Source of the DNA: an uncultured Spirochaetales bacterium | GTDB lineage: Bacteria > Spirochaetota > Spirochaetia > SZUA-6 | Direction of reading: 5' to 3' | Assembly (NCBI GenBank): GCA_964596425.1 | Contig: CAZQTC010000023.1 | Location: 581,367 to 645,366 of the forward strand | Length of the DNA: 64,000 nt | Shown: piece after piece, positions 32,955 through 42,751 of the stretch | Layout: every line of letters begins with the position of its first letter | Numbering within the stretch: position 1 is the stretch's first letter | Notes under the pieces: model-generated | Seen by the model: the letters and a program-made list of their open reading frames with translations, nothing else | The model's database searches: none | What the model was told of the DNA's origin: nothing | Made by a program: the position numbers and the translations under genes

Positions 32955-33973
32955 TTCTCATAAACCCCCTTTAATCCCCCCGTTGTTTTCATATAAATCA
33001 CTGTAAAGAAAAATAGAATAACAAATATAACCAATGCAAAAGCAGCAGCGAATCCATACCTATTGTACTGGAAAGCCGCTCTGAAGAGGGCAGTTACAAG
33101 AATATCCGAGGTTTCAAGCTCGTTCTCATTTATAAAGAAGGGCACATTAAAATTGTTGAACGTCCAAATCGTACCAAGGATAACCGCGGGAGTGAGTACC
33201 GGTTTTAAAAGAGGGAGAGTTATTCGGGTAAATCTTATCCAACCAGGTGCCCCATCTATATCCGCAGCCTCATAGTACTCTCTGGATATACTCTGAAGCC
33301 CTCCCAATAAAATAACCATCATAAAGGGGACCCCCAACCATATATTCGTGATGTTCATCGCAACAAAGTTCCAGAAGGGGTCGGATTTCCACTGAATAGC
33401 AGGTAATCCTATATCACGCAGCATAATATTTAAAAACCCATACTGATAGTGAAACTCTCCCCTCCATGTTAAACATGCTATTACCTGGGGAATGGCCCAT
33501 GGAATTACAAGAATCGTTCTATACAGGGCACGTAATTTCATGGGTCTGTTTAAAAGTATTGCAAGCCCCAACCCCAAAGACACATGAAAACTCACCTGAA
33601 TCACGGTCCAGAGAATCGTTCTAAAAAAGAGGGGAAAAAACATTACCTGCTTTAAAACAGGTTGGGTGAATATCAACACAAAATTGTCTAATCCCTGCTT
33701 GAGACTAAAGGTAGGATGTCTGAAGTGTCTCAAACTCATGTTGCTAAAGGCAAGACGCACCTCGAATCCTATCGGATAAACAACAAGTAAGAGTAATCCA
33801 ACCGCTGCAGGAGCCAGAAGCATTATGGGAAGGGCATACTTGCTCTTTAGAACTCTCTTTAACAAAACATAGAGAATTCCTTCTATTATTAAGGCGCTTC
33901 CTACTATGATAAGTATGGTAAATCCTACCTGACTTAAACTGTCAGATATAACCTCGCTGTTTAAGGTTTCCAT
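32951..33973 (-). CDS. Sugar ABC transporter permease, MalF-like
   Basis: 340 aa; EAA-like motif (EAADIDGAPGWIRFTRITLPL); 4-bp overlap with the downstream permease. Confidence 0.85.
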   Translation of the reverse strand: METLNSEVISDSLSQVGFTILIIVGSALIIEGILYVLLKRVLKSKYALPIMLLAPAAVGLLLLVVYPIGFEVRLAFSNMSLRHFRHPTFSLKQGLDNFVLIFTQPVLKQVMFFPLFFRTILWTVIQVSFHVSLGLGLAILLNRPMKLRALYRTILVIPWAIPQVIACLTWRGEFHYQYGFLNIMLRDIGLPAIQWKSDPFWNFVAMNITNIWLGVPFMMVILLGGLQSISREYYEAADIDGAPGWIRFTRITLPLLKPVLTPAVILGTIWTFNNFNVPFFINENELETSDILVTALFRAAFQYNRYGFAAAFALVIFVILFFFTVIYMKTTGGLKGVYEK

Positions 33974-34105
33974 TTTAATTTCCTAAATAACTAATTTTAC
34001 CTTCCTAATTTAAGGGACAGCGGTTTAGTTTGCACTCCAACATTCACCACTGCCCCTTTTTTTAATTCTCTTCTTAACCCACTACCATAATACCAACAGA
34101 CGATT

Positions 34106-35362
34106 CTATTTCTGAGCCTTTATACAGGCTACTGCAGCAGCTTGCATTGCCTTCGCAGCGGCGGCAGGAGATTTTTTATTAGCGAGTACAGCCTGCATCT
34201 CCGGTTTCATAGCATCCCAATTACAACGCATCTCAAGTACAGTTGGCATCGGAGTACCTACCACCATCTGATCGGCAGAACCCTTCAGTATCGGATCTTC
34301 CTTGATAAGAGGATCGTCAAGAGCAGCCTTTAAAGCGGGGAGGCGCATTAATTTTTTAACCATATCCAACTGGTTCTTCTTATCCGTTGCAAAGTTTATA
34401 AAGGCCACTACAGCCTTAAGTTTGGCACCAGAGAGATCCTTCGGTATCATAAAGAAAACACCACTGGTATATGGTCTGGGCCACAATCCGGTTGAGGAAA
34501 CCTTAGGAATTCTTGCAACCCCAAGTTTATCCCCCAAAGCCTTTTTATAAGCCCCAAGCGACCAGTCACCATTAATTATCATCGCAGCTTTACCCTCCTT
34601 AAAAAGGGTATCTGCACCATTATAATCGCTCTCCGGTGGAATAATTTTGTATTTATACTTCAAATCGTGGAGAAATTGAAGCGTCGCTACCATTTGCGGA
34701 GTATCTAATGTAGGAGTAACCCCATCGGCAGCAAAAACCTTCCCGCCAAAACCACCAAGCCACGGAACAAGCCAGAAGGGCTCTGTTTGGTTCCATACGA
34801 GGCCATAGTGATCGCCATGGGTAAGCTTTTGAGCTATTTTGATCATCTCATCGGTATTCTTTGGCGGATTGGGAACCAAATCTTTATTATAAATTAACAT
34901 CAGGTGATTACCATTAGAGATAGGTACTCCCCAGGTTTTACCGTTTAGCTTTACCGCGGCCACTGCGGAATCGACGTACTTTGAGAGATCGAAAAGTTTA
35001 TCGACAGGCTGAATCAAATCTGCTGCGGTAAATGGCCCTGCATGATCGTTTACCGTCCACAAGAGATCGGGGGGTGAACCGGCAAGACTTGCAGTCTGAA
35101 AATCTTCCCTCAGAGCCTCAACATTCTTATTCACCACCTCAAATGTTACATTTGGATGCTCTGCCGTAAAGGAAGCTGCTAGCGACTTAACGTATTGAAG
35201 GGCATTATCCGCCTCTCCCTCTTTCGTCCAGAGAGTAATTTTTACGGGCGCGGCCTGAGCCTTCTTGCCTGAAGGCGCCCCGGCTTTTTCCTTTGTTCCT
35301 CCGGCCATAACCAAAGCCGAGACAAAGAAAAGCATAACCAGGATGGCAAAAATTTTTTTCAT
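34106..35362 (-). CDS. Sugar ABC transporter substrate-binding lipoprotein (maltose/maltodextrin-binding family)
   Basis: 418 aa; signal peptide with lipobox-like LVMAGG; family-1 solute-binding protein features. Confidence 0.85.
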   Translation of the reverse strand: MKKIFAILVMLFFVSALVMAGGTKEKAGAPSGKKAQAAPVKITLWTKEGEADNALQYVKSLAASFTAEHPNVTFEVVNKNVEALREDFQTASLAGSPPDLLWTVNDHAGPFTAADLIQPVDKLFDLSKYVDSAVAAVKLNGKTWGVPISNGNHLMLIYNKDLVPNPPKNTDEMIKIAQKLTHGDHYGLVWNQTEPFWLVPWLGGFGGKVFAADGVTPTLDTPQMVATLQFLHDLKYKYKIIPPESDYNGADTLFKEGKAAMIINGDWSLGAYKKALGDKLGVARIPKVSSTGLWPRPYTSGVFFMIPKDLSGAKLKAVVAFINFATDKKNQLDMVKKLMRLPALKAALDDPLIKEDPILKGSADQMVVGTPMPTVLEMRCNWDAMKPEMQAVLANKKSPAAAAKAMQAAAVACIKAQK

Positions 35363-35392
35363 CTTTCTCCTCCTTATGTTTTTATACCTGAT

Positions 35393-35464
35393 AAACCGAT
35401 CTTTATCAAAACCGATTCGCTTAACCCATCCGGAGCTAGTTAAATCGGTTTAGTAAATCGGTTT
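35393..35464. promoter_or_regulatory. Nested inverted repeats upstream of the sugar-binding-protein gene; candidate LacI-family operators
   Basis: AAACCGAT at 35393-35400 and 35409-35416; reverse complement ATCGGTTT at 35444-35451 and 35457-35464; 30-100 nt upstream of the malE-like start. Confidence 0.4.
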
Positions 35465-35558
35465 ACATAAAATATCTTAACATAGAAAAGCATCTTGTCA
35501 AGGAAAACTCAAGAAAAACTTAAAAAAATTTCCCCTTAACTAAATTTTGCACAAGTTT

Positions 35559-37616
35559 TTAACTCTGATTAATTACAGGAAGGTAAAATTTTTCCACGTA
35601 CTCCCCAAGCATTCTCCCGATATTAAAGTCTTTGTAAACCGAATAGATCGATTCTTTCATCATACTAATCCATCCTCCGGGCAATCCACTGTTATCCCTC
35701 GTATAGAAAAGCTTGGTGATTGTATTCTCCAACAGCTCGTATATCTGTTTTGCTTCTGCCTTACCCCTCAAGCTGGAATCCATTATTCCTTCACCGCTAG
35801 TTATTGCCCAACCATTTTTTCCGTTATAGCACTCCGGCCACCATCCGTCCAAAACACTCAAATTTAAAACGCCATTTATACCCGCCTTCATTCCGGATGT
35901 TCCCGAAGCCTCCATAGGCTTGAGAGGATTGTTAAGCCAAACATCAACTCCCTTAACCAGATACTGCGCAACAGTCATATCGTAATCTTCAACGAAAAAT
36001 ATCCTATCCTCAAGGCCATACTCACGAGCGTATTCAATAATCACTTTTATTAGGTTTTTCCCTTCTTCATCAGCAGGATGCGCTTTACCTGCAAATATAA
36101 CCTGAACAGGTCTCTCTTGATTACGTAGTATCTCCTTTAAGCGTACTCTATCCTCCAATAGAAGTGTTGCACGTTTGTACGTAGCGAACCGTCTGGCATA
36201 ACCGATAGTCAAGATTTCCGGGTTTAACTTTTGCCCCATCCTTATCTCTAAAAAGTGCAATAGTTTTTCTTTCTCAATTTGATGCGCCCTCCAAATTTTT
36301 TCGTCCGGAATATCAAAAACAGAAGAAAGATCACTGGCATTCGCACCAAAGATAAACCCAGAACCAAGATACTTAACAAATAATTTATAAAGTTCCTCAG
36401 ACATCCAGGAGTGATGAACCCCATTTGTTATTCCCAAAATTGGAATTTTATCCTCTCCTTTCTCGAAAAACAGATTTTTCCACATTTTCTTTGATACCTC
36501 GGCATGAAGTTTCGAAACCCCATTTACCTTAGAAGAAAAACGAATAGCAAGAGCGGGAAGCCAAAAGGGCTCTCTTTTTCTATTTGCCCCCAATTTTACA
36601 AAATCCTCAAAGGGAATCCCAATCGCTTTAATCTTATCCCCCAGATACTTCTTTATCATCTCGAGAGAAAAATTCTCATTTCCTGCCTCAACCGGCGTAT
36701 GTGTTGTAAAAACGGTACTCTCCCTAATCAATCTGGTTGCCTCTTCAAAGGTTATATTAGCATCCCCGAGATAATCCTTTAAGCGCTCAACAATAATGAA
36801 TGCGGAATGACCCTCGTTTAGATGGTAGAGACTCGGCTTAAATCCCATTGCCCGAAGCACCCGATATCCACCAAACCCCAAAACTATCTCCTGTTGAATT
36901 CGTTTATCCCGATCTGCCACGTAAAGATAATCCGTTATGTCCCTATACTCAGGTGGATTCTCATCGGTATCGGTACTTAAAAGCAAGAGTTTAACCCTCC
37001 CTATATTGGCCTCTAACACTTTTATCTTCACGGGAGTACCGAGTATCTTCACCTTTACACTCAGGGGTTTATTATCAACGCCAACAACTTCTCTCAACGG
37101 TAGATCCTCTATCCTATTTTCCTTATAAAACTCCTCTTGTACCCCTTCCGCAGTTATACGTTGAGCAAAATAACCGTAACGATAGAACAATCCAACCCCA
37201 ACGATAGGAATCCCCAAATCCGAGGCTCCTTTAAGATGATCCCCCGATAAGATCCCCAACCCTCCTGAGTAAATCGGAATAGAGCCGTGAAGACCGTACT
37301 CCATAGAAAAGTACGCAATCATTTCATCCTTAAGTAAATCTGAAAAAAGACTCGAACTTTTCACATACTCTCTATATCGAGCGAAAATCCACTCTAACCC
37401 AGAGCTAAACTTCTTATCAGTTACCAGTTCATCCAGACGATCTTTGGCAAGCCTGTTCAAAAACTTAACAGGATTTTCTTTTACCTCGCAGAACAACTCT
37501 CCATCAATCTCGCGAAACAGATTTAATACCTCATAATCCCAAAACGCCCAAAGGTTATAGGCAAGCTGATAAAGCTGTTCTTTTAACTGTTCACCTGTCA
37601 CTATTTCTCTCCTCAT
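35559..37616 (-). CDS. Alpha-glucan (maltodextrin) phosphorylase, GT35 short form
   Basis: 685 aa; GT35 phosphorylase signatures including the PLP-site region (EASGTSGMK). Confidence 0.9.
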   Translation of the reverse strand: MRREIVTGEQLKEQLYQLAYNLWAFWDYEVLNLFREIDGELFCEVKENPVKFLNRLAKDRLDELVTDKKFSSGLEWIFARYREYVKSSSLFSDLLKDEMIAYFSMEYGLHGSIPIYSGGLGILSGDHLKGASDLGIPIVGVGLFYRYGYFAQRITAEGVQEEFYKENRIEDLPLREVVGVDNKPLSVKVKILGTPVKIKVLEANIGRVKLLLLSTDTDENPPEYRDITDYLYVADRDKRIQQEIVLGFGGYRVLRAMGFKPSLYHLNEGHSAFIIVERLKDYLGDANITFEEATRLIRESTVFTTHTPVEAGNENFSLEMIKKYLGDKIKAIGIPFEDFVKLGANRKREPFWLPALAIRFSSKVNGVSKLHAEVSKKMWKNLFFEKGEDKIPILGITNGVHHSWMSEELYKLFVKYLGSGFIFGANASDLSSVFDIPDEKIWRAHQIEKEKLLHFLEIRMGQKLNPEILTIGYARRFATYKRATLLLEDRVRLKEILRNQERPVQVIFAGKAHPADEEGKNLIKVIIEYAREYGLEDRIFFVEDYDMTVAQYLVKGVDVWLNNPLKPMEASGTSGMKAGINGVLNLSVLDGWWPECYNGKNGWAITSGEGIMDSSLRGKAEAKQIYELLENTITKLFYTRDNSGLPGGWISMMKESIYSVYKDFNIGRMLGEYVEKFYLPVINQS

Positions 37617-37734
37617 ACAATCCTCCTCAGAATCAAGTAATTCACTTCTAAACCCGTTTTAACGGCGCATTTTTTGATGCATCCGGCACATGAAACTTAA
37701 TTTCAACTCTGCAGCACAAATTATCATCATAAGA

Positions 37735-37744
37735 AAACCGGTTT
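37735..37744. promoter_or_regulatory. Perfect 10-bp palindrome AAACCGGTTT upstream of the phosphorylase gene; candidate operator related to the malE-upstream motifs
   Basis: Palindrome about 120 nt upstream of the phosphorylase start; same AAACCG/CGGTTT half-sites as the 35393-35464 repeats. Confidence 0.3.
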
Positions 37745-37837
37745 AGCAAGGGGCATTATAGTACCTTTCGCTCAAATTAACAAATATTTTTTTGAATTAT
37801 CCGTGAATTACCTGGAAAAATTCAAAAAACCCAAAAC

Positions 37838-38326
37838 CTACAACCTGCTATCATCATAAGGTTTCGCAAGAAGTTTAACACCCTTAAGGTATTCAACGGC
37901 TTTTTCCCGATCTCTATAAATTCTTTCCACACACCGGGGTTCGTCCCGTGAGATAATGTCATAAACACAGTAATAGCCGTACTTTTTCATTATGGGCTCA
38001 ATCCAACCGGCACAATGATCACAGTAATACTCGAAAACCCCTGCATCGTTATCCATAGCTTTTGTAAGAGAGGGACACTTGTTCATCTTAAACTCAAAGT
38101 AATCTTCCGTTAAAGTAAGTTCGGCATCACAATTTTCCTCTATCCGAATTCTATCCCAGTACTCGTACATTCCCCTCAAACCAGCTCTTTCAATATACGG
38201 ACCAATTATCGTTTCTTGAAGACGCGAAATTTCCATCCAGTATTTCTGTAATTCTACATGGTCAATCTCTTCTAGCATCTTGAATAACTCATTGTAAAAA
38301 CGAACATAGTGATCGCTGGGAAGCAT
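37838..38326 (-). CDS. Hypothetical Cys-rich small protein (paralog of 38328-38765)
   Basis: 162 aa; shares (F/Y)FE(F/V)K..KCP and downstream Cys-containing segments with the adjacent ORF. Confidence 0.5.
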   Translation of the reverse strand: MLPSDHYVRFYNELFKMLEEIDHVELQKYWMEISRLQETIIGPYIERAGLRGMYEYWDRIRIEENCDAELTLTEDYFEFKMNKCPSLTKAMDNDAGVFEYYCDHCAGWIEPIMKKYGYYCVYDIISRDEPRCVERIYRDREKAVEYLKGVKLLAKPYDDSRL

Positions 38327-38327
38327 A

Positions 38328-38765
38328 CTATTCCCTCCTCCTTATAATCTGATAACACCTACCTACACCTGTAAGTACCGTACATATATCAAAGGGAGAG
38401 TCCTTGGCCCATGCCTCGTTTAACAGGGAAGTTTGCAAACAAAAATCAACCGAGTAAGGTACACCACGTTGAATGAGATGTTTTACGGCAGGGCACTCTT
38501 TAACCTCGAAAACAATAGAATCCTTACGTTGATGCACCTCAAAAATTCCACCCTCGCGTTCAAAAAAATAGCTCATATGCTCAAGCCACGGTTGAGGATC
38601 ACCTGACTTAAGTGCCTCATATATTACCCTGTATACCCTTTGGGCTGTTCTTCTAAAAACCTCCCGGAGAAAGCTCATTCCATACTCTGTCAGGATGTAT
38701 TTTATTGTTGTGTTAGTAGCAAGGTGAAAATCCTTATGCACATTTCCCGTCTCTCTGTATCGCAT
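38328..38765 (-). CDS. Hypothetical Cys-rich small protein (paralog of 37838-38326)
   Basis: 145 aa; 1-nt spacing to the paralog; no confident family assignment. Confidence 0.5.
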   Translation of the reverse strand: MRYRETGNVHKDFHLATNTTIKYILTEYGMSFLREVFRRTAQRVYRVIYEALKSGDPQPWLEHMSYFFEREGGIFEVHQRKDSIVFEVKECPAVKHLIQRGVPYSVDFCLQTSLLNEAWAKDSPFDICTVLTGVGRCYQIIRRRE

Positions 38766-38842
38766 GTTTTAACCCCTTATCAATTCTTTTCTCAATAAAA
38801 ACTTTCAAGTGTAAGTAATATCTTATGTAGCCCTCGAATTGT

Positions 38843-39793
38843 TCATAGCAAAATATCGTTCAAAATTACCTCTCTTCCTCCATTCTCCCTACTCTTTATC
38901 CCGGCAATTATAATCTTCATCATCTCTACCGTTTCTTCAAATGGAAACGGAGGCTTACCGGTTCTTAAGTAACGGATAAAACTCTCCAGTTGAGCTTTAA
39001 ATGCATAAAAAGTATCCTCAAAATCTTTGTAAACCCTCCCCTCCGTTCCCCCAATAAACAAATTACCAAATGCTCCATGCATTTCATTTATGGCGGCTAT
39101 TACTATATCTGCCCCGGAGTGATGCTTTATATGAACAATATTTCGTTCGTAACTCCCCGAGTTTCTAACTGAATAGAAACCCGGTTTTACAATCGGATAA
39201 ACAGCCTCCAGAGCATGAATACCATAACGCTCCCAGCTTTTGGGAGTGGTTATAGTAACGTAATCAACCCTACCTACAAGCTGCCGTAATTTTTCACTAT
39301 TTCTATACTCTTCGAATTCCTTTGCATACCGCATGCAGCTAGAGGAAAGAACCATCTTTCCCTCATCAACCCAACGAACAAACTGTTTAAGATCTCGTTC
39401 ATTATCAGCAAGAGGTTTATCTATAAATACGGGAAGCCCGGCTTCCACAAATATTTTGGCCCTTTCAACATGCTCGTTTCCCCTATCAGTGGGGATAATC
39501 ACCGCATCTACCTCTCCAAGAACATCCTCCGGTCTAGATACAATATTGGGAATAAATGCAGCCTTAGCTACTCTAACCGCGTCTTCTGGATTATCGCACC
39601 ATATGTGAGTTACCATAGCACCTGAGATACCAAGATTCTCTCTGGGCTCTTTTGAAAGATACTCATAAATAACAGGGTAAGGACACTTTTTCATTTCCTC
39701 AGAATTAAAACCCCCATTAATAATTGCACTCCAAGAATACGGGTGTCCATTACCATCAACCATTCCTAACATAGCCAGTTTTATTTCACTCAT
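38843..39793 (-). CDS. Gfo/Idh/MocA-family NAD(P)-dependent oxidoreductase
   Basis: 316 aa; N-terminal Rossmann-like region and Gfo/Idh/MocA C-terminal dimerisation-like region. Confidence 0.7.
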   Translation of the reverse strand: MSEIKLAMLGMVDGNGHPYSWSAIINGGFNSEEMKKCPYPVIYEYLSKEPRENLGISGAMVTHIWCDNPEDAVRVAKAAFIPNIVSRPEDVLGEVDAVIIPTDRGNEHVERAKIFVEAGLPVFIDKPLADNERDLKQFVRWVDEGKMVLSSSCMRYAKEFEEYRNSEKLRQLVGRVDYVTITTPKSWERYGIHALEAVYPIVKPGFYSVRNSGSYERNIVHIKHHSGADIVIAAINEMHGAFGNLFIGGTEGRVYKDFEDTFYAFKAQLESFIRYLRTGKPPFPFEETVEMMKIIIAGIKSRENGGREVILNDILL

Positions 39794-40575
39794 TTTTGTA
39801 CATATCCCCCATCGACCATTATATTTTCACCCGTTATATACTTAGAAGCATCTGAAGCCAGAAAAACTATTGTTCCCTTAATATCGTCATCATCTGCCAT
39901 CCGACCGAGAAATGTCCTATCATTATAGCGTTTTACAAACTGAGGATCCTGATTTGCAAATTTTCCTCCAGGAGACACGGCATTCACACGTACACCCCAT
40001 TTCCCATAGTACGATGCAAGAAAGCGAGTAAGATTGATCCACCCCCCCTTGTGAAAAAAATAGTCCGGCGCACCAGTACCATCCATATCCGTACCCTCAT
40101 AAAGAGTGGGATCTACTCCCACCACCCCCTGAATGGAGACTATATTTATTATGGATCCTTTTCTCCTTTTAGCCATTCTATTCGCCACTTCACGTGTAAG
40201 ATAAAAAGTACCCGTTGCATTAACTTCCATAGAATCTCTCCACTTTCCTATATCATCGTTAAAATTATGCATAGGTCGAAGTACCGAGTTATTCACCAGA
40301 ACATCAACATACGTAAAGTCCCTATAAACAGAGTCAACAAAGCTATCTATCGAATCCGTGCTGGAAAGATCCAACCTGTAACACCATAGTTTCTCATAAC
40401 CAGCTCTTTTAAACTCTTTTCTTGTTTCCTCAAGTTTAGAAAGATTCCTAGAGGCAATAACCACCCGGCATCCCGCCTCTAGTAATGCCTCTGTTATATT
40501 ACGGCCATATAGACCAGCTCCACCTGTAACAATTGCCACACGGTTTTCTATATTGAAAAGTTCAGTTACCTTCAT
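39790..40575 (-). CDS. Short-chain dehydrogenase/reductase (SDR)
   Basis: 261 aa; TGGAGLYG cofactor-binding motif; SDR catalytic tetrad context. Confidence 0.85.
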   Translation of the reverse strand: MKVTELFNIENRVAIVTGGAGLYGRNITEALLEAGCRVVIASRNLSKLEETRKEFKRAGYEKLWCYRLDLSSTDSIDSFVDSVYRDFTYVDVLVNNSVLRPMHNFNDDIGKWRDSMEVNATGTFYLTREVANRMAKRRKGSIINIVSIQGVVGVDPTLYEGTDMDGTGAPDYFFHKGGWINLTRFLASYYGKWGVRVNAVSPGGKFANQDPQFVKRYNDRTFLGRMADDDDIKGTIVFLASDASKYITGENIMVDGGYVQK

Positions 40576-41575
40576 TATCCTTCACCTCCCTGCTAACTTT
40601 TCTTTCATAACGTTCCCTCTCTCCCTTCCAGAAAACAGGATTGACTATACTTGTGGGAACATCTGCAAAGGCAGATTCGATTCGCCCCACTACATCTTCG
40701 CTTAGTTTGCCCTGACTATAGATTGAAAGATTTTCTTTAAATTGTTCCAAAGAATCTACTCCAACAATGGTAGAAGTTATACTATCAACTGTAAACACAT
40801 AGCGTAGAGCAAGTTCTTTAACATCTATTCCCAGATCAGACGCTATCTCGCCTAGTAAACGCTTGTATCCCTTGGCAGCACTCAATTCTGAGGGAACTCT
40901 TTCCTCCTCCATAACAAGAAGTCCCTGTAGGTAAGAACTTCGGGAAAATACTACAATGTCTCTATCCATACCAGTCAATTCATCGAAAAAACCAGAACGT
41001 TTCCATCTCTGATCGAAAATGTTAAACGGTATCTGAAGCACCTCTACTACTGGATCTTGTATCGCATCCAATGCCTCTTTCGGACCATACACTACAGATA
41101 TTCCGAGATGTTTCACCAGTCCGGCTTTCTGTTTTTCCTGCAAAAAATTCCATATCAGTCCATTCCTAAACCCTCGCTGTTCAGGAACATGCAAAAGGTA
41201 TATTGGTATACTATCAATTCCTAACGACTTTAAACTCTGAGTCAGAGCTTTCTCAACCTCGCTTAAAATTTCCCTATCAGATTTCTCCTTATAATTCTTC
41301 GAAATATCCAGCTTCGTACAAATAATGAATCTATCGGCAATACCAAGTTCCCTTAGAGCCATTCCAATACTTTCCTCACTTTTTCCATAGAGCCTGGAGG
41401 TGTCTAAGAGATTCACCCCACTCTCTACTGCCATCTCAAATATTCTTAAAATTTCATTGTACGGTACCCTACCTCTCGGATTATTAATGCCATAATCTAG
41501 TCCAAATTGAACAGTTCCAATTCCCAACCGGGACAATCTAATACCCCAATGTTCGGTACAATTCATAAATTTCAT
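40562..41575 (-). CDS. Aldo/keto reductase family oxidoreductase
   Basis: 337 aa; AKR (alpha/beta)8 signatures (GIGTVQFG...LLDTSRLYG). Confidence 0.85.
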   Translation of the reverse strand: MKFMNCTEHWGIRLSRLGIGTVQFGLDYGINNPRGRVPYNEILRIFEMAVESGVNLLDTSRLYGKSEESIGMALRELGIADRFIICTKLDISKNYKEKSDREILSEVEKALTQSLKSLGIDSIPIYLLHVPEQRGFRNGLIWNFLQEKQKAGLVKHLGISVVYGPKEALDAIQDPVVEVLQIPFNIFDQRWKRSGFFDELTGMDRDIVVFSRSSYLQGLLVMEEERVPSELSAAKGYKRLLGEIASDLGIDVKELALRYVFTVDSITSTIVGVDSLEQFKENLSIYSQGKLSEDVVGRIESAFADVPTSIVNPVFWKGERERYERKVSREVKDNEGN

Positions 41576-41654
41576 ACACTCAAACCTCTGCCTAAAACCT
41601 CACAAATTTAATACATCGCCTACTCAAAATTCTTAAACATCACACCCTTTAACA

Positions 41655-42470
41655 TCACCATATTGTCCATCCACCATCAACAACCAGACACTGCCCTGTA
41701 ATATAGGAGGCCTCATCAGAGGCTAAAAAGACAACAGCACCAGCGATTTCTTGAGGGCTCCCTATTCGTCCGAGAGGGATTTTAGTCTCAAGAGCCTCAA
41801 TAAACCCTCTATCTCTCTGAACATCCCGATTGGGGAAGGCCCCTGGGGCAATTGCATTTACCCTGATTCCATACTTCGCCCACTTCACAGCCAAATACCT
41901 CGTCATTTGAATAACCCCAGCTTTCCCCACTCCATACTCAATAGGGTTAACGACTGTTTCACTACGATAAATCCGAGGATCCGGACTTACTATCCCATAC
42001 ATAGAACTAAAATGAATAATACTTCCCCCATGACCTGTATGGGCATCCCCCTGAACATTCCCCGAAAGATTTTTCCCACTCTGTCCGTCAGAAGCAACCA
42101 TCAACGAGTAACATAATCTGGAAAACAAAAATGCACCTGTTAAATTTACATCTATTCCCCGTCGCCAATCCTCAGCTGTCAGTGCAGAGAAACTCTTTCC
42201 AGCATTACTGAATGTCATATTAACACCAATGTGAATAGAAGAATATTTTTCAAGGATATACCTGCGAAGAGTTTCAATTTCAGATTCCTCGACTATATTA
42301 CACTGAAAGAAATCAAATCTCTTCCCGACACCGCGCAATTTCCAACCCGGCTCGTGCAGATCGACAACTACAACAGTAGCCCCCTGTTCTTCCAGAGCAA
42401 TACAAACGGCTTCGCCTAAATAGCCGGCACCACCAAACACGAGGGCAACTTTTTCGTTCAAATCAAACAT
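41655..42470 (-). CDS. Short-chain dehydrogenase/reductase (SDR)
   Basis: 271 aa; GGAGYLG cofactor motif; SDR fold. Confidence 0.85.
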   Translation of the reverse strand: MFDLNEKVALVFGGAGYLGEAVCIALEEQGATVVVVDLHEPGWKLRGVGKRFDFFQCNIVEESEIETLRRYILEKYSSIHIGVNMTFSNAGKSFSALTAEDWRRGIDVNLTGAFLFSRLCYSLMVASDGQSGKNLSGNVQGDAHTGHGGSIIHFSSMYGIVSPDPRIYRSETVVNPIEYGVGKAGVIQMTRYLAVKWAKYGIRVNAIAPGAFPNRDVQRDRGFIEALETKIPLGRIGSPQEIAGAVVFLASDEASYITGQCLVVDGGWTIW

Positions 42471-42751
42471 TAAACATGCCTCATATCTCTCGAATCACAA
42501 TCTGGATCACCAGTTAAGGCTCTCAATATCAACACTATTAATAGCAAACTGTCAAATTATTTCTGATATTATTTCTTATTTTCATTATTGTCAAGTATCG
42601 AAGCAAATTTCTACTAAATGCCCATATTAAGGGATAACCAGAGCAAATCTTTTCATAACTACTCTTTTTAAATACCTCTACCTACATCAGCAATATTTTG
42701 ATAAAATATGTGTTTCTAAACTATACTCCTATTTTAGAAAGGATCTCCGAT

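Noticed and set aside
34031-34080. Imperfect hairpin plus T7 run between malE-like and malF-like genes
   Set aside because: Stem has two mismatches, and the T-run is on the plus strand whereas the operon is transcribed from the minus strand; not a convincing terminator.
42698-42751. Upstream 18-aa extension of the first sulfatase ORF
   Set aside because: The RBS-like AAAGGA precedes the internal MRETYKA Met, and the sulfatase homology begins there.
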